From sequence record MF498773.1: a DNA stretch of 64,000 nt; one strand, 5' to 3'. The notes below the pieces were generated by a model, which saw only the letters and a list, made by a program, of their open reading frames with translations, was not told the DNA's origin and ran no database searches. Below, piece after piece: positions 47,256 through 57,438 of the stretch. Within the stretch, counting starts at the first letter, position 1. Every line of letters starts with the position of its first letter. The translations under genes were made by a program, and so were the position numbers.

Positions 47256-47267
47256 GAGGAAATTATT

Positions 47268-49910
47268 ATGAAATTTGGACTTGATGAAGCTAACCTTGTT
47301 GTGAATCACCTGTTGCTTGACCAATCCGATGAAATTTTGGAAAAGATCCGGGACACTCGAAAGGGTGATATCAAGGATGAACCTTTCAAACTGACTGTCT
47401 TGATCAACGGCATCGAGATCGAACATGTTGAATCTTACGAAAACTTCATGAAATACCAGTATGAAGTTATGGAAAATCGGGTTAAAAAACAATACAACGT
47501 TGAGGCGTTTGATCAACGGGTACGAGAAGCAGCGGAACAACTTATCAAATCCAAGTTTGGTGATTTGATGAACAAAATGTATGATTTTGAAAATTCAGTT
47601 GATTTTTGCAACGACGTAATTCAAAAAGAATGGGGTATGTAATGAAAAAACTTTATGTAGAAAAACGAGTCACGAAAGACGTTGAAGGGGTTGTGATTGA
47701 AGAGGGTAGCGGATTCAACTATAAATCAAAGCGTTTGGTCGTCTCCGTTATTAACAAAAATAATGGTGTTGTATCGCAACTTATTGCGTGTATTACAGGA
47801 TTAACTATTATTTTAGACCAGTTTAATCTTAGTGGTGGTGTCCGTGTTACTGAGTATCATTCCGGTGGCACTGTTACTTATGTAACTGATGTATCTGAGT
47901 TTGGAATGACTCTGAACGGCAATCTGTTTACAATCAAAAAAGAGAAAGTATCAGAATTTCGGGAACTGGAAGTTGGTGATATGCTCACTATTGGTCTTCG
48001 TCGAAACAAAAATCCAAAAGATATTTCTGTTTCGTTTATTGGTCAAGATGGTTCCGCGTTCGCAACTGATTACAAGGGTAAATCATACTTCATCAACCGA
48101 AACGACCGAGACCAACTAAAGTCACTGAAATTGAAACTAATGTAAAAAGTGTTTGACATGACAAATCATAATCTGGTATTCTCTATCTCGTAAACAACAA
48201 CGAGGAAATGACTATGAAAGAAGGTAGCAACGTACAGATCAACACTAATGTGATGAATGACGATGACCAGCGTCACTTGATTGGTGTCGTTGGTGTCGTA
48301 TCATACTACAATCCGGAGGTTTGGGTTGAGGTTACTTGGCCCAATGGTACTGTCAGTGCATACGAAGAGAATGAACTGATCTGTCTCGACAAAGAAGAGA
48401 AGAAACCATTACCAGAAGTAGTACAACCGGAATCTGGATATGATGTTTCTTTTGTTGAAAAAGTAATCGAGAAAATCAATGATTATCATCGGGACTACCT
48501 TGAGCGTCATCCCAACGATTGGGACTGTTGTGGATTTTCCTCTGTGTATGTTGAATTTGGAAGAAAGAAAAAAGTAAAAGACCTTGTTTTGGGTCTTGGG
48601 TTTGACATTGCGTATAAATCAGGTAAAGAATCATTCTTGGAACCAAAATTTAGAATCCCGTATTGTGGTCATCAGTCGTTGACCTACAAAGAGGAAATCA
48701 TGCAGATTATTTGTGACGAAATTAATAATGTGGTTGGTGAAAAAGTTGCATACCGCAGCTCTTACATGGACTAATAAAAGGAAAAATAATGAAAGCATTT
48801 GTTTATAAATTCAAAAATCTGAAAGACCGGAAAGAATTTATCGGTCTCGCCAAAATTAATGATTGGATTGTTTCTAATTATCTGGTTGATTATCGTCTGA
48901 CAGTTAACCAAGATAGCTTGCACAGACTTAACAGTGATGGTTATATTAGCCGTTTTATTGTTAATGGTGTATTGAAGGTGGACGAATTCAACACTATTGA
49001 TAGTGACGAATTTTATAAATATTTCGTACTCGATAAAGAGATTGAAATTGAAGATCTTCCGAAACCTCGTCAGATTAGTGATGAAGAACTAATGGGAGCG
49101 GTGACTAAGGAAATCCTCGCCAATAATAGTATTCAAATTCCGTCTAAATTGAGTGAGGTCAAACCAGCATCTTTTGGGGATGTAACTAAACCCTTGAAGA
49201 AAAAAGACGAAGGTCTTAACATAACAGGTAACCTAAAAATTGGAAATTGTCAGTTAGCACCACTAGATCAAGCAATTTTCAATCTAGTTAACACACAAGG
49301 TAAACTTTCTCAAGATATGGAAATCAAAATTTCCATTAAAAATGGTAAGGTGACATTCAGTGTATCCAAATGATCAATATCCACGTATGAACTTTGATAC
49401 CATTTACCGTTTTCGGTCTACCGAAGCGGCTCAAGAATATCGTACTAGTTGCGAACGTAATTTTTATAATTATGAAATTCTTAAGAATGGATTCATCGTG
49501 TTTCATATCGACGACGATGAAAATGTAATTGCGGTTTGTGATATTGAAGATAAGGAAAAGAAAAATCCAATCTATATCAATGACGGAACCGTTTTTATTA
49601 ACCAAAAAGAGAGTTTTCTTTTTATTCCGTGTCGGTGTTAAATATGACAGTTAAAGAATTGAAGGATAAAGCCCGGTCTTTCGGGCTTGCTGCTGAAATT
49701 ATTTTGAACAATGCAAAATATCGCGGATTCAACGATTGGATGTATGATTTCGTAACCCTTGACGAATCTCGTGGGATTACAGAAACAAACGTAGTTAAAT
49801 TTTATTTTGTTAGCGGTGTTCATACCATTTCCCACCCAGTCAATATGGTTGTCTTGGGTCATTCACCAGAAAAAGTTATTGGTGAATTTCATAAGGAGGT
49901 TATCGAATGA
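47268..49910 (+). other. Six hypothetical ORFs; 48789 and 49360 have RF-family-like N-termini
   Basis: YKFKN..DRKEF and YRFRSTEAAQEY. Confidence 0.65.
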
Positions 49911-50566
49911 CCATAAAATGGAGGGATTACGAATTATCTTTATGTGAAAGAAAAGAAATAAAGGAATTCGTAGAAGCTCATCATTACTCTCATAATATCA
50001 ATGGTCTAAAAACATCATATTGTTTTCGGATTGATGATAAAAATGGGAAATTGGTTGGGGCTGTTATATTTGGACAACTTAGTACAACTGCATGGAAAAA
50101 GTTTTCTGATAAAGAGGATGATGTATTAGAATTACGGAGACTAGTGCTGTTGGACGAGCTACCTCATAATTCCGAATCGTGGGTCATTGGTTCTTGTCTG
50201 AGAATATTGAAAAAATTAAAAACTCATAAAGTTGTAATTAGTTATGCAGATCCGTTTCATGACCATGTTGGTATTATATATCAAGCAACAAACTGGATAT
50301 ATGTGGGTGAAACGCCTAAAGATAAACTACTAAAAACACCAGATGGTAAGTTGTATCACAGTAGGGCATTGAGAACAAAATATAAAGGTATGTTGAAACC
50401 TTTTGCACAAAGACTACAATATATGAAAAATAATGGTCTTCTAGAAGAAGTAGTAGTACCGGGAAAACATAGTTATGTTTATCCGTTAGTTCATATTAAA
50501 AAACTTGATAAAGTTAACCAGATGGAACAAAAACAATATCCAAAGCAAAGAGATATAGAAAAATGA
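49907..50566 (+). CDS. mom: Mom-like DNA adenine modification protein (GNAT fold)
   Basis: HYSH, LVGAVIFG, LELRRL...N.ESW.I, VISYAD...H.G.IYQATNW.Y.G. Confidence 0.75.
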   Translation: MTIKWRDYELSLCERKEIKEFVEAHHYSHNINGLKTSYCFRIDDKNGKLVGAVIFGQLSTTAWKKFSDKEDDVLELRRLVLLDELPHNSESWVIGSCLRILKKLKTHKVVISYADPFHDHVGIIYQATNWIYVGETPKDKLLKTPDGKLYHSRALRTKYKGMLKPFAQRLQYMKNNGLLEEVVVPGKHSYVYPLVHIKKLDKVNQMEQKQYPKQRDIEK

Positions 50567-51057
50567 AAATTCGTTATGTTAAAGGCGATATGATCGCCAT
50601 GATGAAAGACCCAGAAGTATTGAAGATTCCAACTTTGTTCGTTCATGGGTGTAATTGTCATACCGCAATGGGCTCTGGTATTGCTGCTGGTATTGCCATG
50701 AACTTCCCAGATGCGCCTATTGTAGACGCACATTTCCAACGGCTGTTTAAGACAAACGGTCAAGTGGATATTGGAATGTTGGGTCAATATAGCTGGACTC
50801 CCTTAGATTATGACTCTCGATTGATTAACCTATACACACAATATTTCCCCGGTCGAGATCTTCGTTTGGATGCATTAGAGAATGGTTTCGTCCACTTAGC
50901 GGAAGATTTTGGATATGAAGGGTATCGACTTATATTCCCAAAGATTGGGGCTGGTGTTGCCGGTGGAGATTGGGATGTTATCTCACAAGTAATTGAAAAT
51001 TGTTTTGACGAAGACGATTTCGAAGAATTGATTTGTGTCGAATGGGATAAAAAGTAA
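50563..51057 (+). CDS. Macrodomain (ADP-ribose-binding/hydrolase) protein
   Basis: VKGD, VHGCNC...MGSGIA, INLYTQ, FPKIGAGVAGGDW. Confidence 0.85.
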   Translation: MKIRYVKGDMIAMMKDPEVLKIPTLFVHGCNCHTAMGSGIAAGIAMNFPDAPIVDAHFQRLFKTNGQVDIGMLGQYSWTPLDYDSRLINLYTQYFPGRDLRLDALENGFVHLAEDFGYEGYRLIFPKIGAGVAGGDWDVISQVIENCFDEDDFEELICVEWDKK

Positions 51058-51070
51058 TCATTATCTCCCA

Positions 51071-51104
51071 AAGGCTCCATCCTAAATAAGGTTGGAGCCT
51101 TTTT
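51071..51104 (+). terminator. Terminator with a CTAAATA late-promoter motif in its loop
   Basis: aaggctcca/tggagcctt stem plus T run; CTAAATA at 51082-51088. Confidence 0.75.
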
Positions 51105-51121
51105 ATTTGGAGAGATTAACA

Positions 51122-51499
51122 ATGGTAAGATACAAGGCAATTATATTTGGGATTCTTCTTATTTTGGCTGGTGGGTCTGTTTGGTATATGTTCAACAAGA
51201 TCGAATCACAGGCAATAACAATCGGAGAGATGACCCAACAACTAGAAATAACAACTTCCAAATTATCCGCCATAGAATTGAGTATAAGCGATTTCAAACA
51301 ACAGTCTAATGAGTATAGCCAAACAGAAGAGAAATCGAACAGAGAGCTTTCTAAGCGCATTGATACGCTTGAATCTAATGCTAGTCGTGGTAAGGATGCA
51401 ATAAACAAGAAACCCAAGCTGGTAGAGAAGATAATCCAGAAAGATTACGAAGAGTTTGGTAACCGAATGGATTGTCTCACTCTGGGGGAATGTAAATGA
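51122..51499 (+). CDS. Inner-membrane spanin (Rz-like)
   Basis: N-terminal TM, long coiled coil, AINKKPKLVEKII tail; overlaps the downstream lipoprotein by 4 nt. Confidence 0.8.
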   Translation: MVRYKAIIFGILLILAGGSVWYMFNKIESQAITIGEMTQQLEITTSKLSAIELSISDFKQQSNEYSQTEEKSNRELSKRIDTLESNASRGKDAINKKPKLVEKIIQKDYEEFGNRMDCLTLGECK

Positions 51500-51792
51500 A
51501 AAAAATTCTAATTATGATGTGTATAGTGGTTTTGGCTGCCTGTTCAACTCCACCGAAACCAGATCCGGTATTAGTGTTCCATCCAAATAGACCGACACCT
51601 GTAAAAACATATATTCCTAAATGGACTGTAATCAAGGAAGGTGAAACTACTTACGTAGGAATGACATATGAGGATAGTTTAAGATATAGAGCTTGGTTGG
51701 AAAAGATAGGTGTTTATATAGATTCTCAAAATAGAATGTTATGTTCTTATAGAAAGGATCTGAAAGAGCCACAATGTCAAAAAGTCCCCTAA
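51496..51792 (+). CDS. Outer-membrane spanin (Rz1-like lipoprotein)
   Basis: LAA-C lipobox, Pro-rich start, YVGMTYEDS...YI..Q...LC.Y. Confidence 0.8.
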   Translation: MKKILIMMCIVVLAACSTPPKPDPVLVFHPNRPTPVKTYIPKWTVIKEGETTYVGMTYEDSLRYRAWLEKIGVYIDSQNRMLCSYRKDLKEPQCQKVP

Positions 51793-51811
51793 TAAGGGAC
51801 TTTTTTGTTAC

Positions 51812-51818
51812 CTAAATA
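51812..51818 (+). promoter_or_regulatory. Putative late promoter CTAAATA
   Basis: Directly after terminator 51781-51806 and about 40 bp before the tail fibre gene. Confidence 0.6.
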
Positions 51819-51856
51819 AAAGAGTAGAAACAATTTCAAAATAGAGGAATTTAAAA

Positions 51857-54800
51857 ATGGCAGACCTTAAGAGTTCGTCTACCGCTGGGGGTGGATTAGT
51901 TTGGACACAGACTAACCTACCATTTTCCCCACAAGACGTTAAGCTGTTTTATAATGGTAATGAGGTTATTGATAGTGTTAGTAATCAATCTATTGGTGGG
52001 GCTAAAACCTTTACCGGAACATTGACATATAAAACTCCTGTCAATTCTAATGAAGTTGCCATTAAAGGTTATGTTGATAACCTTGATAGTACATCAGTGA
52101 AATCTGTAACAGGGACTCTCCCAATCGTCGTTACAACTGGTGTAAGTCCACGAGTTTCAATTAATAACGCAACACAAACCGCCCATGGGGCAATGAGTAA
52201 AGAAGACAAAACAAAACTTGACGGTTTGCCTGTTCGAGCGGTTAATAGAGATGGTGATACCATGACTGGAAACCTAATGGTTAATGGTCAGGTTGAAGCA
52301 AATAGAATCAAGTCCAACGGTCAAGTTGAAGTTTATGATTCTACTACCAATACATATGCACAACGTCTAGTTGCATCTGGTTCCTTACTTTATTTCCAAG
52401 GTGGTAAAGTAGATAGAGACGTTACGGATCAAAGAATTGCTTTTAGTGGTTGGTATGGCACACCTCTCACTCAAGTAAGATTTAATATGGCTACTGGGGT
52501 TAATCCTCAAGTGTCCTATGGAAATACAAACTATGATATTTTCCATAAAGGTAATTTGCCCAGTGCGGAAGAAGTAAAGGCAATGGCGGTATATGATCGT
52601 CCACCAGAAGATGATTGCGATAAAGCAATTATGCCCGGTAACTATGGTGTTTTCGCCAACACAAAAAATACTCCTAACGACGGCGGAACTGGTCCTAGTG
52701 GGTCAACCCTTCTTGTTACTCGTTGGGGTAATGGGGCAAATGCACAAATATTCTTTTCTTATACACAAGATCGTGTATGGGTTCGTCGTCAATATATCGG
52801 TGTTTGGCAGCCATGGGCTGAAATGTATACCTCTCTGAACAAACAGCCGGTGGGTGGTATGGGTCTTGGTGTTGGTGATAGCCCCAACGCAATCACTGTA
52901 ACTGGTGGTGTTCGTGACTTTAATCTAATTAAGACTAATGGGGTGTTTACCGTTGATGGTAACTGGTCTAATGGAACAGATAATACCACAACCGCAACCA
53001 CTCATACTGGTATTGTAGAAGTTAAACAACGTTCTTTTGACAACCTAACAATTCAGAAATTCAGTAACTGGGTAACAGTCGGTGGATTCGTAGAACCAAG
53101 AGAGTTTACAAGGGTATGGATCAACGCAGTTGAAGGTTGGCAACCATGGATACCAACTGGTTTGTGGGAACAGGTAAACACATACAGAACTGGTATTCTG
53201 AGACACAACAACTCTACTAATGACGATAGTGTTTATCCTTACGTGTCTTACACCAAGGAAAAGTATCGTGATGGGGTTTCGGTTGGTATTCCATATACTA
53301 TTGGAGAAATTAGCTTTAGAGCTGGTTCTACAAATAGATATGATCCTCATACTGGCGACCAATTATCTAGAATTGTAGGTCAAGCCACCAACACATCCAC
53401 CCCCGGTGAATATGAAGGTACTTTGTTCTTAGCTTCTAGGTATCGCAGAGGGTCTGATGGTTCGACTGCTGATACTAGTACACTAAGAATAAGTAGAGAT
53501 GTTGGTGCTGAATTCACCCATGCTGGTAAGAAAGTACAAATCGAAAATGGTAATGTAAATGCAGAGAAGTTTATTGCAACTACATCTGGTTATGCACTTC
53601 AATATTCCGGTAATGCAAGCCAAGGAATCTACTTAGATAATAGAACAATTATTGGGGGTGGTTCATCTGGTGTTGTGGTTCGTCCAAATGGTTCGGGAAC
53701 GGTAACTGGGGAAACTGTCTTTAATCCAAGTGGTACTATTTCAAATAACCAAGTACCAACCTTAGCAATGCATTTAACAAACAAGGCATATGTTGATGGT
53801 GTTGCTCTTGGTGGATTTAGTTCTATTATCACACTGAGAGATACAGATAACCTCAACGATATTAAAACCGCTGGTATATATAGCCAAGTTGCTAACGCTA
53901 AAGCATTAACTAGTTTGAACTATCCAGTTGAAAAAGCCGGAAACTTGATTGTTACTACTTCTGCTGGTGTAATTCAAAAATATTGGGTATATAACTCATC
54001 CGAGGTTTGGTCTCGTGCTCAATATAATACGGGTGCATGGAAACCATGGTATCGTGATTATAACGAAGAGTTTAAACCTACTTCCGCAGACGTTGGAGCT
54101 TTGTCTTTAACTGGTGGTACTGTAACTGGCGACGTTAGATTTAACTCTGGTAACACAACAAGACTGTCGCTTGGTAGTGGGTCTGATTACTACATAGAAC
54201 GTTCTCCATCTGGTTTGTTCTTGTCTTCTGGTACTATTAATCCAAAGGTTAGAGTTAATAACACAGATTATGATATCTATCATGTTGGGAACAAACCGTC
54301 AGCCGCTGATGTTGGTACATTAACAACTGCACAGATAAACACAGAGCTTAACAAAAAGCTTAATCTGTCTGGCGGTATCATGACTGGTGCAATTCGTTGG
54401 GATGCAACAGATGAATATATCAACGCCGCGAGCAACAATATATATCTGGCTGCTAAGACTGGTACTGTATATCTTGAAAGCAAAAATAACCCAATGGTAA
54501 GGATTGGAAGTAACGATTACACCATATATCACACTGGTAATAAACCTGCTGCTGGTGATTTTAATGCATACACAAAAACCGAAACAGATAATTTACTTAA
54601 TACTAAATTAAATCTGTCTGGTGGTACTCTAACTGGAGCGGTAACTACTGCAACCATAAAGAATGCTGTTATGATTAATAATGGTGCATCGATTAGTTTT
54701 CAAGATGGTTCTAATGCTAGATTTCATATATTAGCAGAAGGAAACACATTTAAACTAAAACATGGTAACTCAGGTGAAAACCAGATAATACAAGTTAGCA

Positions 54801-55795
54801 CATCAGTAACAGAATTACAAAACCAACTGAGTGCAAGAACTACAATGTCTGTAAGTGGTGCAGATGGTACTAGGGTTTTTGGGCTTGGAGCACAAGAATC
54901 TTCTGGTATAAACCCATACATATATGTAAGAAGGTCTGGAGACACTGCAAACATACGTGTAATGACGTTTAATGATGGTGAGATTATTGCTAACCAAGAC
55001 AGAATTGCTGCTACATCTTTCCGGGTTATCAATAATGCTGGTCTGATATTCACCCCGTTCGAAAACAAACAAGGTTTGTCTTGGGGGATGGGTATGGATC
55101 TATCTAATGGTAACCTTGGTATCCATCGTTATCAAGATGGTGTATGGAATCTCCAACCATTTATGATTAGTTCTAATGGTGTGGTTAATATGAGTACTGG
55201 ATTCAACTCAACTAATGGAACAATGTCTGGTTCTCTAAGTGTCAATGGAAACATTGAGGTTGGTGGATCTTTAGGTATTAATAGTGGTTATGCCTCTATC
55301 ATTAGCAATAGTAATAACAGACTGGAATTTCATCGTCCCGGATATTGGGCAACAATGATTTACATGAACACAGACGGTCAACTTCGATTTACATCAAGTA
55401 ATGGTGCCGGTGGTGAAACTGTACTCAGAATGTCTATTGATAACAATGGTAATACCGGAATAGTAGGTTCTGTTAACGCTAATGGTGGTGTTCACGACGT
55501 AGGTCAACGAGTTTATTCACCAAGTAACCCAATTCCAGACAGCGTTATCATGCGTAGCGTTACTAATACTGGAACCGGTGGTATTGGTTCATTTGCAATG
55601 GTTCTTTGTCTAGCCAAAAATATTGGACAAAAGGGACCGGGAGATATTCTTGATGGCAGTCAACTAGGATGGTCAAATGCCGAAGGTACAACCACAACTA
55701 CAATTGGATATGGGAAATGGAGATTGTGTGGTTACGTGAAGGGTACTGATGGTTGGGGTTCTTGGAACGTCACATTGGCTCAACGTATTTCTTAA
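51857..55795 (+). CDS. Long tail fibre protein with a gp36-like N-terminus (1312 aa)
   Basis: MADLKSSSTAGG..VW.Q.NLP resembles T4 gp36; knob-like repeats (DxNxIK..G.Y...WxPW), YH.GNKP.A.DVG repeats, Gly/Thr-rich. Confidence 0.85.
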   Translation: MADLKSSSTAGGGLVWTQTNLPFSPQDVKLFYNGNEVIDSVSNQSIGGAKTFTGTLTYKTPVNSNEVAIKGYVDNLDSTSVKSVTGTLPIVVTTGVSPRVSINNATQTAHGAMSKEDKTKLDGLPVRAVNRDGDTMTGNLMVNGQVEANRIKSNGQVEVYDSTTNTYAQRLVASGSLLYFQGGKVDRDVTDQRIAFSGWYGTPLTQVRFNMATGVNPQVSYGNTNYDIFHKGNLPSAEEVKAMAVYDRPPEDDCDKAIMPGNYGVFANTKNTPNDGGTGPSGSTLLVTRWGNGANAQIFFSYTQDRVWVRRQYIGVWQPWAEMYTSLNKQPVGGMGLGVGDSPNAITVTGGVRDFNLIKTNGVFTVDGNWSNGTDNTTTATTHTGIVEVKQRSFDNLTIQKFSNWVTVGGFVEPREFTRVWINAVEGWQPWIPTGLWEQVNTYRTGILRHNNSTNDDSVYPYVSYTKEKYRDGVSVGIPYTIGEISFRAGSTNRYDPHTGDQLSRIVGQATNTSTPGEYEGTLFLASRYRRGSDGSTADTSTLRISRDVGAEFTHAGKKVQIENGNVNAEKFIATTSGYALQYSGNASQGIYLDNRTIIGGGSSGVVVRPNGSGTVTGETVFNPSGTISNNQVPTLAMHLTNKAYVDGVALGGFSSIITLRDTDNLNDIKTAGIYSQVANAKALTSLNYPVEKAGNLIVTTSAGVIQKYWVYNSSEVWSRAQYNTGAWKPWYRDYNEEFKPTSADVGALSLTGGTVTGDVRFNSGNTTRLSLGSGSDYYIERSPSGLFLSSGTINPKVRVNNTDYDIYHVGNKPSAADVGTLTTAQINTELNKKLNLSGGIMTGAIRWDATDEYINAASNNIYLAAKTGTVYLESKNNPMVRIGSNDYTIYHTGNKPAAGDFNAYTKTETDNLLNTKLNLSGGTLTGAVTTATIKNAVMINNGASISFQDGSNARFHILAEGNTFKLKHGNSGENQIIQVSTSVTELQNQLSARTTMSVSGADGTRVFGLGAQESSGINPYIYVRRSGDTANIRVMTFNDGEIIANQDRIAATSFRVINNAGLIFTPFENKQGLSWGMGMDLSNGNLGIHRYQDGVWNLQPFMISSNGVVNMSTGFNSTNGTMSGSLSVNGNIEVGGSLGINSGYASIISNSNNRLEFHRPGYWATMIYMNTDGQLRFTSSNGAGGETVLRMSIDNNGNTGIVGSVNANGGVHDVGQRVYSPSNPIPDSVIMRSVTNTGTGGIGSFAMVLCLAKNIGQKGPGDILDGSQLGWSNAEGTTTTTIGYGKWRLCGYVKGTDGWGSWNVTLAQRIS

Positions 55796-55798
55796 TTT

Positions 55799-55826
55799 AA
55801 AAGGGTTCAATAGAACCCTTTATTTT
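55799..55826 (+). terminator. Intrinsic terminator
   Basis: aaagggttc-aata-gaacccttt plus T tract. Confidence 0.6.
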
Positions 55827-55839
55827 CAGAGAGGTTTAT

Positions 55840-56340
55840 ATGTTAGAAAAAATGCTTAAATTTGATGAGGGTTCTAAACTTTCCGTTTATTGGGACACCG
55901 AAGGATATCCGACAATTGGTATTGGTCATTTGATAAAAAGACTTCGTACCAAAGACATGGGAGAAATTAACCGCGAGTTAAGTTCCCATGTAGGAAGGGT
56001 TATTACCGACGGTAAGATTACTCAATCAGAAGAAAGTCAACTTTTTGCTAAAGATCTTGAAGTAGTTAGAAATTCTATGAAAGGGTATGTCGATTTATGG
56101 TCTACATATGTTGGATTAGATGAAGTCAGAAAAACCGCATTGGAAAATATGGTTTTTCAGATGGGGGCAAAAGGTGTAAATGGATTCCCGTCAATGCTTC
56201 GCGCTATGCGCTCCAAGAACTGGGTAGAAGCAAAGAAGCACGGTCTTGCTAGTGCTTGGTCGAGACAGACACCAAATCGTGCCAAGAGAGTTACAGACGT
56301 TATTGAGACTGGTACTTATAAAGGTTATCCATTCGCATAA
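55840..56340 (+). CDS. e: T4-type lysozyme (likely endolysin)
   Basis: DEG...VYWDTEGYPTIGIGHL carries the Glu/Asp/Thr triad; ALENMVFQMG; QTPNRAKRV. Confidence 0.9.
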   Translation: MLEKMLKFDEGSKLSVYWDTEGYPTIGIGHLIKRLRTKDMGEINRELSSHVGRVITDGKITQSEESQLFAKDLEVVRNSMKGYVDLWSTYVGLDEVRKTALENMVFQMGAKGVNGFPSMLRAMRSKNWVEAKKHGLASAWSRQTPNRAKRVTDVIETGTYKGYPFA

Positions 56341-56342
56341 AC

Positions 56343-56373
56343 AAAAAGGGATCCCAAATAGGGATCCCTTTTT
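56343..56373. terminator. Bidirectional terminator at the strand-switch junction
   Basis: aaaaagggatccc / gggatcccttttt between convergent genes. Confidence 0.85.
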
Positions 56374-56948
56374 CATTTTCCACTCATACCAGCAACCCAG
56401 TGTTTACGACAAACAGAAATATATCTATCGTTTCCACCAATACAAACTTGATCACCAATAACTTTTTTGCCGTTCTCATCAACACGAAGGTTCATCGTTG
56501 CTTTAGAACCACACCAACAAATTGTTTTATGTTCCACAATTTGTTCAGCCATAACCACAAGTTGACGGCTTGCATCAAACATCTCTCCATTGGAGTCAGA
56601 CATAAGACCATAACACATAACAGGAACATCGTAATTATCAACAATAAAAGCCAGTTGTTTTACTTGTTCGACCGTCATAAATTGGGCTTCATCGATAAGA
56701 ATACAATCTATTTTCTTTCCGATCTTATAACTCAAATAAAGATCAGTTAAATTCTCCTTATTAGAAAACATAATTGATGGACGAGAAACACCCAATCGTG
56801 AAGAAACCATTTCTCCATCACGAGTATCAATGCACGGTTTTAAAACTAAAACTCCCATCCCTCTTTCTTCATAATTATAAGCAACTTGCAATAAATGAGA
56901 ACTCTTTCCCGCATTCATTGCGGAATGATGGAAATGCAAACTAGACAT
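56373..56948 (-). CDS. tk: Thymidine kinase
   Basis: SAMNAGKS, ILIDEAQF, VMCYGL.SD, ICWCG, RYISVCRKH. Confidence 0.95.
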   Translation of the reverse strand: MSSLHFHHSAMNAGKSSHLLQVAYNYEERGMGVLVLKPCIDTRDGEMVSSRLGVSRPSIMFSNKENLTDLYLSYKIGKKIDCILIDEAQFMTVEQVKQLAFIVDNYDVPVMCYGLMSDSNGEMFDASRQLVVMAEQIVEHKTICWCGSKATMNLRVDENGKKVIGDQVCIGGNDRYISVCRKHWVAGMSGK

Positions 56949-56956
56949 ATCATACC

Positions 56957-57373
56957 TCAGATAAAATCAGAAAACTTTTTACGACTCTCTTTGAGCCCTT
57001 TATAAAATGTTAATGGAAACTTATGAGCCGCAATCAATAGATCCACAATATCACAACGAACCCGATATATTTCAATCAGGTTATCACCATCATTGGCTAA
57101 CAATGCACTATACCGATGGTGTCCGTCTAGAATGTAGTTATCATCAGAAACAACAATAGGTTTTGATAACACACTATATGGTGCACTTCTCATCTTTTCC
57201 ACTTTTTCTTCATTATACTCTGATTGAGTCGGAAGTAAAGTCTTTACTTTAACCCTTTCCTTAATAAACCCAACCCCGTTTGTTGTACACCAATCCAAAA
57301 ATCCGGGGACGTTCTCGGCTGCAATTTGAGGCATATTTTGTCTATCTATACCTTTACTGTTTTCATATTTCAT
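56957..57373 (-). CDS. ParB/sulfiredoxin-like domain protein
   Basis: LLPTQ...KV...PIVVSDDNYILDGHHR. Confidence 0.75.
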   Translation of the reverse strand: MKYENSKGIDRQNMPQIAAENVPGFLDWCTTNGVGFIKERVKVKTLLPTQSEYNEEKVEKMRSAPYSVLSKPIVVSDDNYILDGHHRYSALLANDGDNLIEIYRVRCDIVDLLIAAHKFPLTFYKGLKESRKKFSDFI

Positions 57374-57395
57374 TTCAATTCTCCTTAATATAACA

Positions 57396-57402
57396 TATTT
57401 AG
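57396..57402 (-). promoter_or_regulatory. Putative late promoter CTAAATA
   Basis: Intergenic, just upstream of 56957-57373 and after terminator 57416-57440. Confidence 0.55.
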
Positions 57403-57438
57403 AGATTAGGAAATGAAAAAAGAGCCCGAAGGCTCTTT

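Noticed and set aside
204-55072. Many other minus-strand ORFs in the + block (e.g. 12898-13413, 17641-18180, 31971-32543, 47049-47540)
   Set aside because: They fully overlap well-supported + strand genes and lack family motifs.
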